This document shows positions 14,062-26,537 of a stretch of 64,000 bases of DNA, in pieces. A program made the position numbers and the translations under genes. Below the pieces are notes generated by a model. That model was not told the DNA's origin and searched no databases. It saw nothing but the letters and a program-made list of their open reading frames with translations. Position 1 is the stretch's first letter. Each line of letters begins with the position of its first letter. The DNA is from Podarcis vaucheri (taxonomy: Eukaryota), in NCBI GenBank assembly GCA_965113315.1, contig OZ220365.1. The stretch is one strand, 5' to 3'.

Positions 14062-14951
14062 GTGAGATCTACAACCTCTCCTGGACAATGACAGTTCTCT
14101 TTCTCAAGCTCTGGGAGGAAGACCTTTCATTGCCTACAGACAGCCACCCAATCTTAAACAACTCCTAACCCACAATAATACTACAACCAGACTTAACACG
14201 GGCACTGGCACTAGAGCCTGCAATAAACCCAGATGCCAACTTTGCTGCCACATACACCCGGACAACACCATTACTGGCCCCAACAACATCACACATACCA
14301 TCTCGGGACTATTTAATTGCTCATCGTCTAACATTGTATATGCCATCAAATGCCAACAGTGTCCTTCAGCTCTCTATATTGGACAAACAGGCCAAACCTT
14401 ACGCCACAGAATAAACGGACATAAATCTGACATCAAGAATCACAAAACAGAGAAACCATTAGGAGAACACTTCAATCTCCCAGGACATTCTATACAAGAT
14501 CTCAAAGTAGCTGTTTTACTACAAAGGAATTTCAGAAATAGACTGGAAAGAGAAGCTGCTGAATTGCAACTCATTACCAAACTTAAAACCATGGAGAAAC
14601 CTGGTCTGAACAGAGACATTGGATTCTTATCTCATTATACATAACTAAGCCATTTCTCACCTTCTCACCCCTTGCCTTTTCCTGTAAGACCTATTACAGT
14701 CGTTAAGAGTCGTCAACAGGCTCATCTCAGCTATCTGTCAATCTCCCATTCCCACCACCCTTCTGAGTAATACCCCTCCCCACCTTCTCACTATATAGAA
14801 GGATCTGGCAACTTCTGTTTCAGTGTATCTGAAGAAGTGTGCATGCACATGAAAGCTCATACCAAGAACTAACTTAGTTGGTCTTTAAGGTGCTACTGGA
14901 AGGAATTTTTTTATTTTGACTATGGCAGACCAACACGGCTACCTATCTGTA
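14062..14951 (+). mobile_element. 5'-truncated Penelope-like retroelement (Neptune-like): C-terminal linker, GIY-YIG endonuclease and 3' terminal region
   Basis: Uninterrupted 192-codon frame 14066-14644, missing from the ORF track because it has no start. It reads …AYRQPPNLKQLL…CNKPRCQLC…CSSSNIVYAIKCQQCPSALYIGQTGQTLRHRINGH…EHF…H…EREAAELQLI…GLN…*. TATA-like ctatatag at ~14791, hammerhead at 14825, 10-bp TSD AGCAGACACA (14052-14061, 14952-14961). Confidence 0.93.
14825..14862 (+). ncRNA. Minimal type-I hammerhead ribozyme motif, second copy
   Basis: GTAT-CTGAAGA-A-GTGTGCATGCACAT-GAAA-GCTC-ATAC. Same as the 6946 copy except C>T at 14850 (G·U at the base of stem II). Predicted cleavage after C14858. 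Confidence 0.75.
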
Positions 14952-15294
14952 AGCAGACACATAGTTAAGCACCATGATGCACCCTACACCAATAAGTTTA
15001 CAGTGGACCATGATGTAAACTGGATGGAAAGGTGACCAACTGGTAAAAGTTGAGATGCAAAAAGGGAGAAGAGGCAGGGCTAAACGGAAAGCATTGACCT
15101 AACCTCACATCCACAAAGAAGGCTCATGATGGTCCATGGCAAGTCCATGACAATGGTGGCTGTGCTCCACTACTACATGGTGGGAGCTTTTCTAGGTTGA
15201 GGCAGGGGCATGGCCCAGAGTATGTAAGCAAAATGCATGCTACACCACTACAACCTGTTGAGTGAACATGCCACTACACAATATTCCTAACTGC

Positions 15295-15460
15295 ATAGAT
15301 TTACATTTATATCCTGCCTTTCTTCAGTAGAACGCAATGTAGCATATATAGAATTCCTAGACAATGCAGCTTATACAGGGTTCCATCCAGGTAATGACTA
15401 TACCCACAGCATAGCTGTAGCAACATTGCTGTGTCAAATGCTTTTAGGCTATAGCCTTGA
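15295..15460 (-). mobile_element. Degenerate 5S rRNA-derived SINE remnant
   Basis: Reverse strand reads aggctatagcct…ggtatagtcattacctggatggaa, resembling the 5S internal-promoter region, followed by a gcaggatataaat-type SINE/L2 tail. Highly decayed. Confidence 0.4.
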
Positions 15461-16068
15461 GCTATATTCCATTGCTGAGCTTTATACCCCTGGTGATGCG
15501 CCCTGAGCTAAAACCACCTCATACCAAGGAGGCTCTATGTGATTAAATGGATGTTGAACTACCCTGACAGTCACATTTCTCTACTCATGCCTACCGATGT
15601 CTGCATGTTGAGCATGGATATCTGAAAAGGGCAAGCCAACCTATATACACAGGTTTCTCCTCTTCAGATGTTAGCATTCAATATGAGACATCAGGGCTGG
15701 GGCCACCAGCATAACCCTGGAGCCCATAAATTGTGTGAACCCCTTCCTGCTTCATGCACATAACATGAAATGAAGGCCTTAATCAAAAGATTATCTGATG
15801 TGGCGAGGGAGAGGTGGCAGAAGCCAGTAAACTGTGCCTGTACATTAACGGCAACAAGGCTATTTTGATGGTGGCTGTTCTGGAACTCTGTGATGGCTGT
15901 TATGCTGAAAACCATGGTTGTGAAGAGATTCACTGCAACAGCAGAAGCATGACGCTGGTATCCCACTTTACATTATATGTGATAAATTACTTTTACTTGC
16001 TTTCAACACAAGTTTTACAACAACCAGCACACTGCTTTCAAATAACACCTGCTATAGGGCTCACAGAC

Positions 16069-16122
16069 ATACATGCGCGCACACACACACGCGCGCGCGC
16101 GCACACACACACACACACACAC
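16069..16122. repeat. Alternating purine-pyrimidine (CA)n/(CG)n tract
   Basis: acatgcgcgcacacacacacgcgcgcgcgcgcacacacacacacacacac. Confidence 0.9.
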
Positions 16123-16592
16123 AGTGTACACACAGCACACAAACACTGAACCACCTTCCTCTCACCCCAAGCCTTTTTTTAATCCAACACTGTTAATCAA
16201 AATTATCCTACTAGCAAGGGTGGACTTTGGTGCTTTGGCACCCTGGATTAAGCCAACATTTGCTCCTCCCCTAGTTCTTGCACCATGGGCTCTTGCAGGG
16301 TCCTAGAGCCCTCATGCCTCCTTCCCACAGGAGGGCAAGTGCTTACGAGGCATCCTCTCTGCTTGGTGTCCAGTGCTGGGGAACTGGTTGTGCTGCCCTT
16401 AAACTGCCTCTCTTATTGGTCTGTGGGGTTCTTCATGTAATCCTAGGGAAGTAGCACTTCTTTTTCTCTTGATGTATGATTATCTGAATATTTTGGATGC
16501 ACTTGTAGTCCCTTTAAAGATACGCTGAGCTATGTTGTATGCTCACCATTTTATTTCACCTGCACTGGCCAAAGTAAATAAACAAAACCAAT

Positions 16593-16595
<3 letters not shown>

Positions 16596-16630
<35 letters not shown>
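16596..16630. repeat. (AC)n microsatellite
   Basis: Directly visible. Confidence 0.95.
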
Positions 16631-16632
<2 letters not shown>

Positions 16633-16836
16633 CTTTTTGATGAGACTCAGCACAGTATGTTGAAAGCACGCTGCTCCTAGAGTTGATAAAGATCCACTGT
16701 TAATTCAAAGGGAATGTCTGATTTATGTTAGGCAGCTGTCTGCTGATGATTTCAAAGTGGGTTAAGGAACTCTGGTTCAGCCCATTTTCTTAAAGCTATC
16801 TGATTGGCACTCCACTTCTTAGTTACTTCATAAGAT

Positions 16837-17190
16837 GGGACGTGGGTGGCGCTGTGGGTTAAACCACAGAGCCTAGGACTTGCCGGTCAAAGGGTCGGCG
16901 GTTTGAATCCCCGTGACGGGGTGAGCTCCCATTGCTCGGTCCCTGCTCCTGCCAACCTAGCAGTTCGAAAGCACGTCAAAGTGCAAGTAGATAAATAGGT
17001 ACCACTCCAGTGGGAAGGTAAACGGCATTTCTGTGCACTGTTCTGGTTCTCCAGAAGCGGCTTAGTCATGCTGGCCACATGACTCGGAAGCTGTACGCCA
17101 GCTCCCTTGGCCAATAAAGCGAGATGAGCGCTGCAACCCCAGAGTTGGTCAAAACTGGACCTAATGGTCAGGAGTCCCTTTAACTTTACC
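16837..17190 (+). mobile_element. Sauria SINE (Squam1), older subfamily
   Basis: Head gggacgtgggtggcgctgtgggttaaaccacag, B-box-like ggtttgaatccc, body gtgcaagtagataaataggtacc and ACCTTT-type tail. Same subfamily as 51003 and 54139. Confidence 0.9.
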
Positions 17191-17197
17191 TCATTTA

Positions 17198-17290
17198 AGA
17201 GGCATCTGGTTGGCCACTGTGAGAGCAGAATGCTGGTCTAGGCGGGACTTGGGCTTGATACAGCAGGCCTTGCTTACATTGTTACGTCCT
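17198..17290 (+). mobile_element. CR1 3'-end fragment
   Basis: ggcatctggttggccactgtgagagcagaatgctgg… Homologous to reverse copies at 29354-29530 and 59508-59670. Confidence 0.6.
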
Positions 17291-19502
17291 TGCAATTTAT
17301 TACCTTATTATGAACTTGCAATTGGTTGGGGGCAATGCAACAGCTCCTTTCCAGTGACAGGACACAAGAGGCTGGCAGCTCCTGCTCTGAGGTGGTTTTT
17401 TTGCTCCTCAGTCACAGCAGCTGAGTTAGCTTCTACACAGTGTGGTGACCACACCCTAGATATATACATAGGTTTCGCCAGGTCTGGTAGAGCAAGGCAC
17501 CTTCAGAACAGTGCAGACGTTTTGTTTGCCACATCCTTTTCCTCGGGAGGCTGAAGTGGAGTTGTGAGAGCACAGAAGGCAGCTAATACATCAATGCTGA
17601 GGTTGGAACTGGAGAACCACTCTTCAGGAATCACATTCATCATTATGAAGTGCAAAGAAAGGGACCCTTGTCCCTAATGCAAAACAGTTCACAGATGCAG
17701 CACTGCGCCACAGCATGCCTCTGGAAGCAATCAGAATCAGTTCATAATATCACAGGATGCTGCCTTCCTCTAAACCAGCTTTGAATGATAGTGGGGCTTT
17801 AAAATCTTATTATTTAAACACTTTTCTCCGAAATACATGAGTTGGCTAAATACTCCATATACTCGTAAACTTCTGTATGTGTGAAAGGTGAACCTCTTAT
17901 ACAAACACATTGCTGGGAACAGAGAGTTCAAGAAAGAGGTAATTCTCTAAATTGGGATAAAACAGAAAGGAGGCGCTGACAGAAACTGATAAATGACCGT
18001 ACAAGTTTATTCATTCCTTTTAATTGAGTAGTTCTGGCTACATCCAGAAGATGGCACTAGCATGCACCTAGACTACAAATGTGACCTAGGTAATCTATGT
18101 TTTTTCTTTTATTCTTTTAACAAACAAACCATGGGCATAATCCCATAGAATTCAATTTGTGTGTACAGATTGCTGGTGTCAACTGAAAGTGTAGCTTTTA
18201 CTGTCTACATTTTAGAGCCAAATTACATGTTACTATGTGTGTATTTTCTCAGAAATGTCCTTGTTTTAACTGAAAGCAGTGACAAGAAGCTGTGAATAGC
18301 GGTGAAGGATGAGCAGGTGGTGGTGGTATGAAATCTTTTTCCTTCCAGACATTTTCTACTGAAAATTGGTAACTTCCTGCTGCTTTTTGTCCTGCAGCAG
18401 GTAAGAGACAGGTACCTACATATTTATCCCTGTGAAATAAAAAGCATACTGAAGAATGCGTATACGGCTTTTGAATGCACAAAAATGCCTGGAAGGGGGA
18501 AGAGTTAAGCTGCATCTCCCCTCCATAATTTCTTTCCAGGAAGCTGCTTTTAGTTACAAAAATAAACCATTGGGAATAAATCTGATTCAGTTTGCATTTA
18601 AAGGTAAACCTACCTAATTCACACCTTTTGAAACAATACTTGAACTAAACCTGAAGCACAGTGATCCTTTCAAATTTGCACATCTCCAAATTTTGCAGTG
18701 CAGTCCTCCAGCCATGTAAGCCAAGTAATGTGTACAAAAATCCCATATTAACGAAACTAACATACAAAAATGTGTTATACTAGGAGAAATCTGTAATGAA
18801 ATGCCGATGAATTTTCACAAGAGCTTCTTAAATAAATAATTAAATTGCAAACTGATGCAGAAATGTGGAGTACTAAACTGTGGAGTACTGAAAGATGGGA
18901 AAACTGAGGGAATTAATAGAAATAAGAATAGACAGATCTGCCCATCCAAGGTCCTGTGCCAACATCTCCAAGGATGCGATCCTGTGCACACTTTTCCTGA
19001 GCTGGCCTTCAGCACCATTCAGTTAGTACCTGCTCAAGTCTGCTATGAAATGTCAGCAGCACTATTGTATCCCGTATACTGAGAGATATGTAGTAAATTA
19101 AATTATATCTTTTATCAAACTAAGTGATTGCAATATTGAAAATTTCCATCACATATTCTCCATAAGGCAGAAATAACTGTTCCTCTGGGCAAAGTCTAAC
19201 TGAGTGTAATCTTATTAATTACTACAATATGATTTTATAATTCTTTGTTCATGGAGCACTAGCCTCAGCCAGGTATCTTCCAGTTTAGCTGCATTTGTAG
19301 GGTTTCTTTTTTTCACCCTGATTGCCTATACCTGAAGAAAAACTTGCAAATCTGAAGCTTGCAACAAATTATTAGTCGATCCAATCAATGGATCACATTT
19401 CACCTAGTTGAAATCTCTTCATTTGGAGTATTAGACCAGCAGAAAATAGAAGCTCTTCATGAGCTCACATTTCAACGAAGAAGACCTCCTCAGGCCCTAT
19501 AT

Positions 19503-19638
19503 CAGGCATAGGCAAACTTGGCCATCCTGATGTTTTGGGACTACAACTCCAATGATTCCTAACTAACAGGACCAGTGGTCAGGGATGTTGGGAATTGTAG
19601 TCCCAAAACATCTGGAGGGCTGAGTTTGCCTATGCCTG
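19503..19638. mobile_element. Palindromic hAT MITE, same family as 9816, opposite orientation
   Basis: TIRs caggcataggcaaact/agtttgcctatgcctg. TSD ccctatat/ccctgtat. Central spacer is the reverse complement of that in the 9816 copy. Confidence 0.88.
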
Positions 19639-21309
19639 CCCTGTATCTTTTAGAAAATCAAATAACATTCTCAAGAAGAACTCAGGCCTCCAGTTCTGCT
19701 GTTATTCTAGTAGCCCCCAACAGCTTTCTTTATAAATAAAATAAAACAGGCACATTTATTTATGGATTTTTGAGTACAAGAATCTCAGATAAGTAATAGT
19801 GCAGGTGCTAAATTCTAGGTATATCTGATAGTCATAAAATGCTTGGTACAAAAACAACACCCCAAATAGGCTACAACTGTCCTACCCACTGCTCCCTAAG
19901 ACCACTTGCTGTGTATAGTTTGAGAAAAGTTGTATGCCATGTTTAGGACGACACAGAAGAAATGCTGTGAGCATTAACAGAGGAAAAAAAACAAGTGGCA
20001 AGGAGAAGGGAAGAAAGACAAAACAGAAACGCTTCTTTGATGTGTCTAGATCCAGCCAAAATGTGGCCATACCTGTGGTTTGACTCGAGTCTACTCACTA
20101 ATTCCAAGCTGTGACTTATCCCAGGTGCACAGGTTCCTCCAGCCCATGTCTGTTGACTAACTGGATGGCCATGTGGTTAAATCAAAATGGCCAGTGCACT
20201 AATTGGTATTATTAGACTTTGTAGATGAAGGGAGCATGACCTTATGATTATTTCAGAAGCAGTTTTCATTACTGGTGCTAATTAGACTTGAAGTTAATGA
20301 GGAAGGATTACTATTCAGGGGCTTAAGAGGAGGCCAGAACAGTTATTGTAGGTTAATTGTTCTTCTAAAAGACCCCATTTCAAGAACAACTCATTTTATC
20401 AACTCCCATCCCCACCCTTTCATGCTGGGTGAGATATGTTTGAATAGAATTCAAAACATAATTGCAGGACTGACCCCCCATCTATTGCTTGATCAGCAAT
20501 CATTTTGCATCAGCAGAAGGTTAATAAAATGTTTAAGGAAAGAAATGCTGTGCATATGGTGAATACAGAATAGTCTGCCCTGCAGATATTTCCCATAAGC
20601 CTTTCTCAGTGTACCTTTTAACTCTGAAAAATGCAAACCTTCTAAAAACGCAGAAGTGAAACAGTTAATTTTTTGTAGTACCATAAGAAGAAAATAATAC
20701 ATTTATAAGGAATCTGTAATTCAGGTTGTCTTAATACTTTCAAATAGAGCTCAAATCCCCAATTAAACTCTGAGTTCAATCTCAAATGTTTGTGTAAGTG
20801 TGAAATTATTTTAAAACATTTATAAGCTATCTTCTCTAACCTGTTTACAGAGCAACGCTGAATTTTCCATGATTCTAACCCCCCCAAAAAAATATTCCAG
20901 TATTTGCATATATGGTTGTATGTGATTTATTTTTAAAAGTTATCATTTATGCTGTGATATCACCGTCCAAGAAAGTATAATGAATGTCAGTCTCTACAGC
21001 TGGCCTATGTGTATTATTTAGAACAGATAACAGTAGGGTGTGTTAGGTTTGCGGTAGTTGTTCAGGCACCCATAATTTTGGTGGCCCTCTTCAGTTTTCA
21101 TTTACAACCAAGTAAGGCTGTAGCCCTTATGATTATAGGAAGGGGAAAAAAGATTTTTCCTCCCTGATCCACTCCTCCTCAAAAAGCTTTCAGAACTCAT
21201 ATATCTCTTGAAGTAAAAGATGATGTCAATTTTACTATGATAAATCCTCTGTGGTATCCTAAATCTAGCTTCAGATACCTTTTAAAAGAAGGCAGGGGAC
21301 AGGATTCTC

Positions 21310-21722
21310 TAAGGCTTTAAACCGCTCAGGACCGCAATACTTCAAGGACTGCCTCTCCCCATATGAACTGACCCGGACGCTGTGATCATAACTTGAGGCC
21401 CTTCTTTTTGTGCCTTTTCTGTGAGAGGTTCAGAGTGTGGTAGCATGAGAGCAGGCCTTTTCTGTAGCGGCTCCCCATTTGTGGAATGCTTTCCCCAGGG
21501 ACGCTCACCTGGTGCCTTCATTACATATATTTAGGTGTCAAGCAAAAACACACTTCGTCACCCAAGGCTTTGGCGTATTATATCATCTATGGCCTTTTTA
21601 AAACTCTGTGTGTCTTGGGAGGGGGTACTGTTTAGTTATGTTATGTATTTTTGTGTTTCTGTGCCGCAAAATGCCCTGTGATCCTCAGATGAAGAGCTGT
21701 ATGTAAATTTAATAAATAAAAT
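21310..21722 (+). mobile_element. L2 LINE 3' fragment
   Basis: L2-like 3' sequence (aaggctttaaac…ggccttttctgtagcggctccccatttgtggaatgct…) with an (aaat)n tail. Confidence 0.65.
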
Positions 21723-22571
21723 AAACAATTGGATGAATTTGTTATGAGTCAGGCCTGGTGTCAGCACAGCTGGGAAACTGTCAATTATTTAATCCCTTAA
21801 GAGAGCCCGTTACATACCCTGCTGCTCACCCAAAATGGCACCTGTGCTTCTCTTATCAGTAGGTAACCTTTAAATAATAAAAAAGGTAGCAAAACACTGA
21901 GTATATCCATACCTGCTTATAAAGAGCAGTACTGGTGAGGGCAGCATTATCCTGATTCAACTTCCGGGCTAGATGCTTTGTTTTGCTGCATATTTCAACA
22001 GAGGCTTTAATGGCAGAATGCTTCAAGCCATTGTTTCAAAAAGGTTTATGGCACCTTGACTACTTGCATTCTGTATTATACGCAAAGCTTGAGTGTGAGG
22101 TGGTTTTTGCTGGTCCTTCTGCACAATGCAATGACATCACTGGGGTCAGTTTTCAAAGCTCTAGTCCAGGGCCCTCTAGCCTGTGACCCCACCCCCTAAG
22201 ATTTCCAGAGACAGGTGACAACTAGGGAGGTAAGATAATTCCAACAAATACGTAGACAAGAGTGGGAATTGTCAGTATTTGCTTGTCCATCCCATGTCTG
22301 GAACACAAATTGACCTGGCAAATATGACAGGTATACACTGGTATATCCCACCATTTTCTTTGGGGAGCAAAATGTGGCCACACGGTTCTCTTGCTCTTCA
22401 TTTAATCCCCAAAACTGTGAGGTAGGTTAGGCTGAGAGGCAGTGGCTGGCCCAAGGTCACCCAGTGACCCATTAAAGGATGCTGTTAGCTGTCCCAGGCA
22501 CCAGGGTGGTTGCTTTACTCAGCTGGCTGGACATTTCTTTTTTAAAAAAATTGAACAAATAAGAAAACTAT

Positions 22572-22915
22572 CAGGTGCTGGCCTCAACTAGAGCCAGGGC
22601 TTTTTCGGCTGCGGCTCCAACCTGGTGGAACGCTCTGTCACAAGAGACAAGGGCCCTGCAGGACTTGACATCTTTCCGCAGGGCCTGCAAGACAGAGCTG
22701 TTCCACCAGGCCTTTGGTTAGGGCACAGCCTGACTCCCTCCTTCGGCAATCTTTACAATACTTTAGTTTATGGTTGCCATCAATTTTGATTTTAATTAAT
22801 TCTTATGATGTTTTTATAATGTTGCACTATTTTAGTGTTGTTAGCCGCCCTGAGCCCGGCTTCGGCTGGGGAGGGCGGGATATAAATAAAATTTATTATT
22901 ATTATTATTATTATT
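22572..22915 (+). mobile_element. L2 LINE 3' fragment (younger family)
   Basis: Highly similar to 61460-61769. Ends gttagccgccctgagccc…gggcgggatataaataaa followed by (tta)n. Confidence 0.8.
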
Positions 22916-24894
22916 TGTAACTATGTGGTAGAGCTGCTTAGAATTTCATGGTTCCTTCTGTGTACTATGTTTCTGGTTCGTAGCCGAGCTGGCCCTACTA
23001 TTGGGTAGGGTAAGGCAGCTGCCTCAGGTGGCAAATGCTGAGAGTCAGGGAGCAGACCGCCTTCCCTGCACCCTCCTAAAGTGCCCTTTTCCCCTCAGAT
23101 GCTGCAGAGGATACTGTCCTATCAAGGGTGTTTGAAATATAATTCTATTTGGCCTTTAGACATGGAGTGGGGGAGGCACCATGTTGCCCTTCTCAAACTG
23201 TCTTGGATGAGCCCTGGTTCATGGATGGGAATATTCATTCAGGAAGAGAGTCCTGATCACTTTTTAAAAAGCAAAATATAGAAAATGATGTGCTTTAAAA
23301 CGTTTACTGGCATGCGTGTTTAGCATGGAGGATAAACTCTGATGGTGAATTCACATGCAACAGATTTTCACAAGTTAAATTATCGTGGTGGCGTCATTTA
23401 ACAATGGTTGAATATTGCTAGTTGACAGCTTCAGAACTGAAAGAACACCTTCATCCAAGTCTACAGCTTACTTGTTAAGTATACTGTTTTAATAGTGACT
23501 GGGTTCACACCAACCATGCCTAATGCTTACAGTGTCCCTGATTCTTTAACGATCTTATCAAAGGAGTCTTGAGAGAACACCAAGAAAGCTGCAAAAGGTT
23601 CACATGTACATCTTCTGTATGTGGTAGTTGTTCTCCTTTCCTTTTCCTCTGCTTTTTCTATATGAGCAATGCTTAGACTTTCAGCACCTGCCAGGTTATC
23701 GATCACCATAGGGGATGGGGAGTTAGTTTCCTAAACAGGAAGCCAACTCCAAGTTCACAAGAGAGAAGAGGTTGCCCCTGTCCACAGGCAGCCCTTTATT
23801 CCTCTGCTGTGCTTTCTTACTCAGCAGACCTGAATGAGAGTGTTGGTGAACTAAGCTCATTTTTGAAGCCTAGGTTGTATACAGTACATTTTTTAAACAC
23901 TTAGGAAAAGGCAGGGAGGTTTCCATTTTTAGAGAAGTCAGTTTTTCTCTCAACTATTGACTCAGGTGTATGAATTAATTAGCTATTAGCATAATCAAAT
24001 AAACAGGTTGTGGTTTTTTTTAAACAGCCTGCATAAAATGCTATCCTACAAATTCTCCAGATGTTCGTAGAATCCTTTAGGGAAAATAGAATACTGCAGA
24101 TGGAACTTCAATAATATTTTATTTAAATACTGACTGTAATCACCCACAGCTTTTATAAATTAATAATTTCTTCCACTATACCATCACCCAGATGACCCGA
24201 CCACAGAACAATAAGCGATTCAGCTGCTTAGCTGTCAAATGGCAAGTGTACAGCACAATCAACTGGTAGAGATATTTCTGTATACAGAAGCTGAGTATGC
24301 AAATCCAGTGATTCTCAAGTGCAAGGCAGGTCATCCCAGGGAGGTGTGGCCAGTTGCCAGGAGAGGCACAAGTGATTTCCCAGAACTAATTTTGATTAGG
24401 CTAGAAAGCAACTGCCAGCCCTTGTGTGGCTTGTCAGCTCTTTATATCAATGGTGCAACCATCTATTATTTCCAAAGGTTACTTTCATGTATCTCTGATT
24501 AATTGCACTTATGCCAGACTTCACCATATGTTGTGGATCCACTTGATCTGTGTCATTCTCCTTCTTTTGATATGCCTTCTCCTAAATATAGTCTGGGCCC
24601 ACTCTCTCACAGCTCAAATAAGTACAAAATAAAAATAGACAGACAGACATATGGGAACGTTTCCAATTTAATAGTAAGTACCAGACTGGTGGGGTGGCAG
24701 CACTCACCTGACCTCCAGTCAGTTGCACCACTGCAGTTTAATTGGATATACAAGGGGAGGGGCGAGCTGATGGTAAAGTTGGTAAAGGGCAAACACTCCT
24801 GGTTCTGCTGGTGTATTTGCACTGCACCAACCTTGCCACTGCCTGTGTCTTCTCCTTTAAACTCCTGGTAAGTAGTAGCAACACAACCAGCCAG

Positions 24895-25192
24895 CAGTCA
24901 GGTGAGTGCCGCCACCACATCATGCGACCTGCTACTGCCTGGCACCTGTGTTATTTTCTTTTAGATACCAGATAAAAACTTTCTGTTCTCCCAGGCCTTT
25001 AAAAATAGCTTTTAAACTGTATTTTCTCTCTCCTTTGGTTCTTGAATTGAAGTTGCCCCTGCGGCCTGTGCTGGTGCAAAACTGTTTTGTTTTGTTGGGT
25101 TTCTTATTGGTTTATTGATTTTTACATGCTATGAACTGCCTAGAGAATGCAGTTAAATAGGTGGCATAAAAGTAAAACAAATAAATAAATAA
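24895..25192 (+). mobile_element. Old L2 3' fragment
   Basis: Similar to 21500-21722 (ggcacct…ttagatacca…aaaact…ccaggccttt) with an (aaat)n tail. Confidence 0.5.
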
Positions 25193-26537
25193 ATCTAGAC
25201 TAAGTCTCAATAATAAAACGAAAACCTTCTACAACCCCTAGTTGCCACCAGACAGACAGAATACAAATTCTGGGACTAAAGCCATACTGTAAACAAAATA
25301 TCAAGAGGAAAGCACTGAAAGGAGGAGACAGCATAGCTTTTGAAGTTATGAAGAACTGCAGCATAGCTTGAAAGATGGGGATAGCTTGTGTAGGCGTTAA
25401 AGAGCAGACACCTACAGGCTGCACCATCAAGATGGTGGGCACCAATCTTCTGTGTGAAAGGCAGAAAACCAGAGTATCTGAGTCACCCCTGCCTTTTGCT
25501 AGGGGCCAGTTTTGGCATGCAACTATCATCTCAGATAGATGATAGTTAGATTAGGGCACCTCCAGAGACTGCCATTGCATTAGGGATGAGGAGAAGTACT
25601 GGTTGAGTTGGCGGTGTTTGAACAGCTATTGTTTTCACTGTCACCTTATTCATCCTGAGGTTGGACAGACTTTCCCTGATTGGAGGAGCTCAGTTCTGAG
25701 CTGGCCCTTGAAGTCAAACACAGTGAAAGCCATGTCAGGTCTTGGGGGGACACTGGTCTGGTGATGTTACATATTGATGCTTATTGGTTTAATTCAGGGG
25801 TCAGCAATGTGGCACCCATGGGCACCTATGGACCCACAGAGTCATTCCCTGGCACCCTGTCTTTCCCAGTCTGCATCGGTATTAAAAACTATTTTTCAGG
25901 TTTTTTTTTATCATTTTAACAGTTGTTTGCAACGCAAAGCTGCTTTGGGAAGGAGGGACAGGATAAATGAATGAATGAATAAATAAATTCTGGATAATAG
26001 CAGCAATAATCTATTGAAACTGTTGTTTTTAAATTACAATCCTTTATTGTATATTGTTTGTGTCTAATTTTGTTCTGATTTTATTGTTGCTTTTATTGAT
26101 TTTCTTGATTTTCTTATGGGAGCTCTCTATTGGGTATATAAATGTATAAATAAGGGGGGCGCAGCATTTTTATATACCCGTATCTGGAGTAATTCCCATT
26201 GTGCTCAGTAGGACTTACTTATGAACAGACATGCATAAGAGTTCATGGCACAATATTGAAATATATTCCCTGCAGTAATGTATATTTCAACAAATCTTTA
26301 TGTTTAAAATTGTGTTTTCATGTGTTCTAGTCATGTAAGCTATCTCAGAGATAGGTGTGAAAAGAGATAAATGGGACCAATAGTAGTATCTATTTATTTA
26401 TTTTTAAGATTTCTATGCCACACTTCAGGACAAAAGCTTCTCAGAACAGCATACAATGGTTGGATCTGTATTGCACTTCAATTTTGCTTTCTATCTACAA
26501 TCTTTGTTGTTGCTGAGTGACACATGTGTTCACAATC

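Noticed and set aside
19008-19030. TTCAGCACC REST/NRSE left half-site (also at ~23680)
   Set aside because: The right half (GGACAG) is missing.
24540-24610. Peptide HSPSFDMPSPKY resembling the start of ALK exon 2 (…NMPSPSPDY…)
   Set aside because: Lacks the conserved WNLTWIMKDSFPFL block and a convincing acceptor/donor pair; a chance match.
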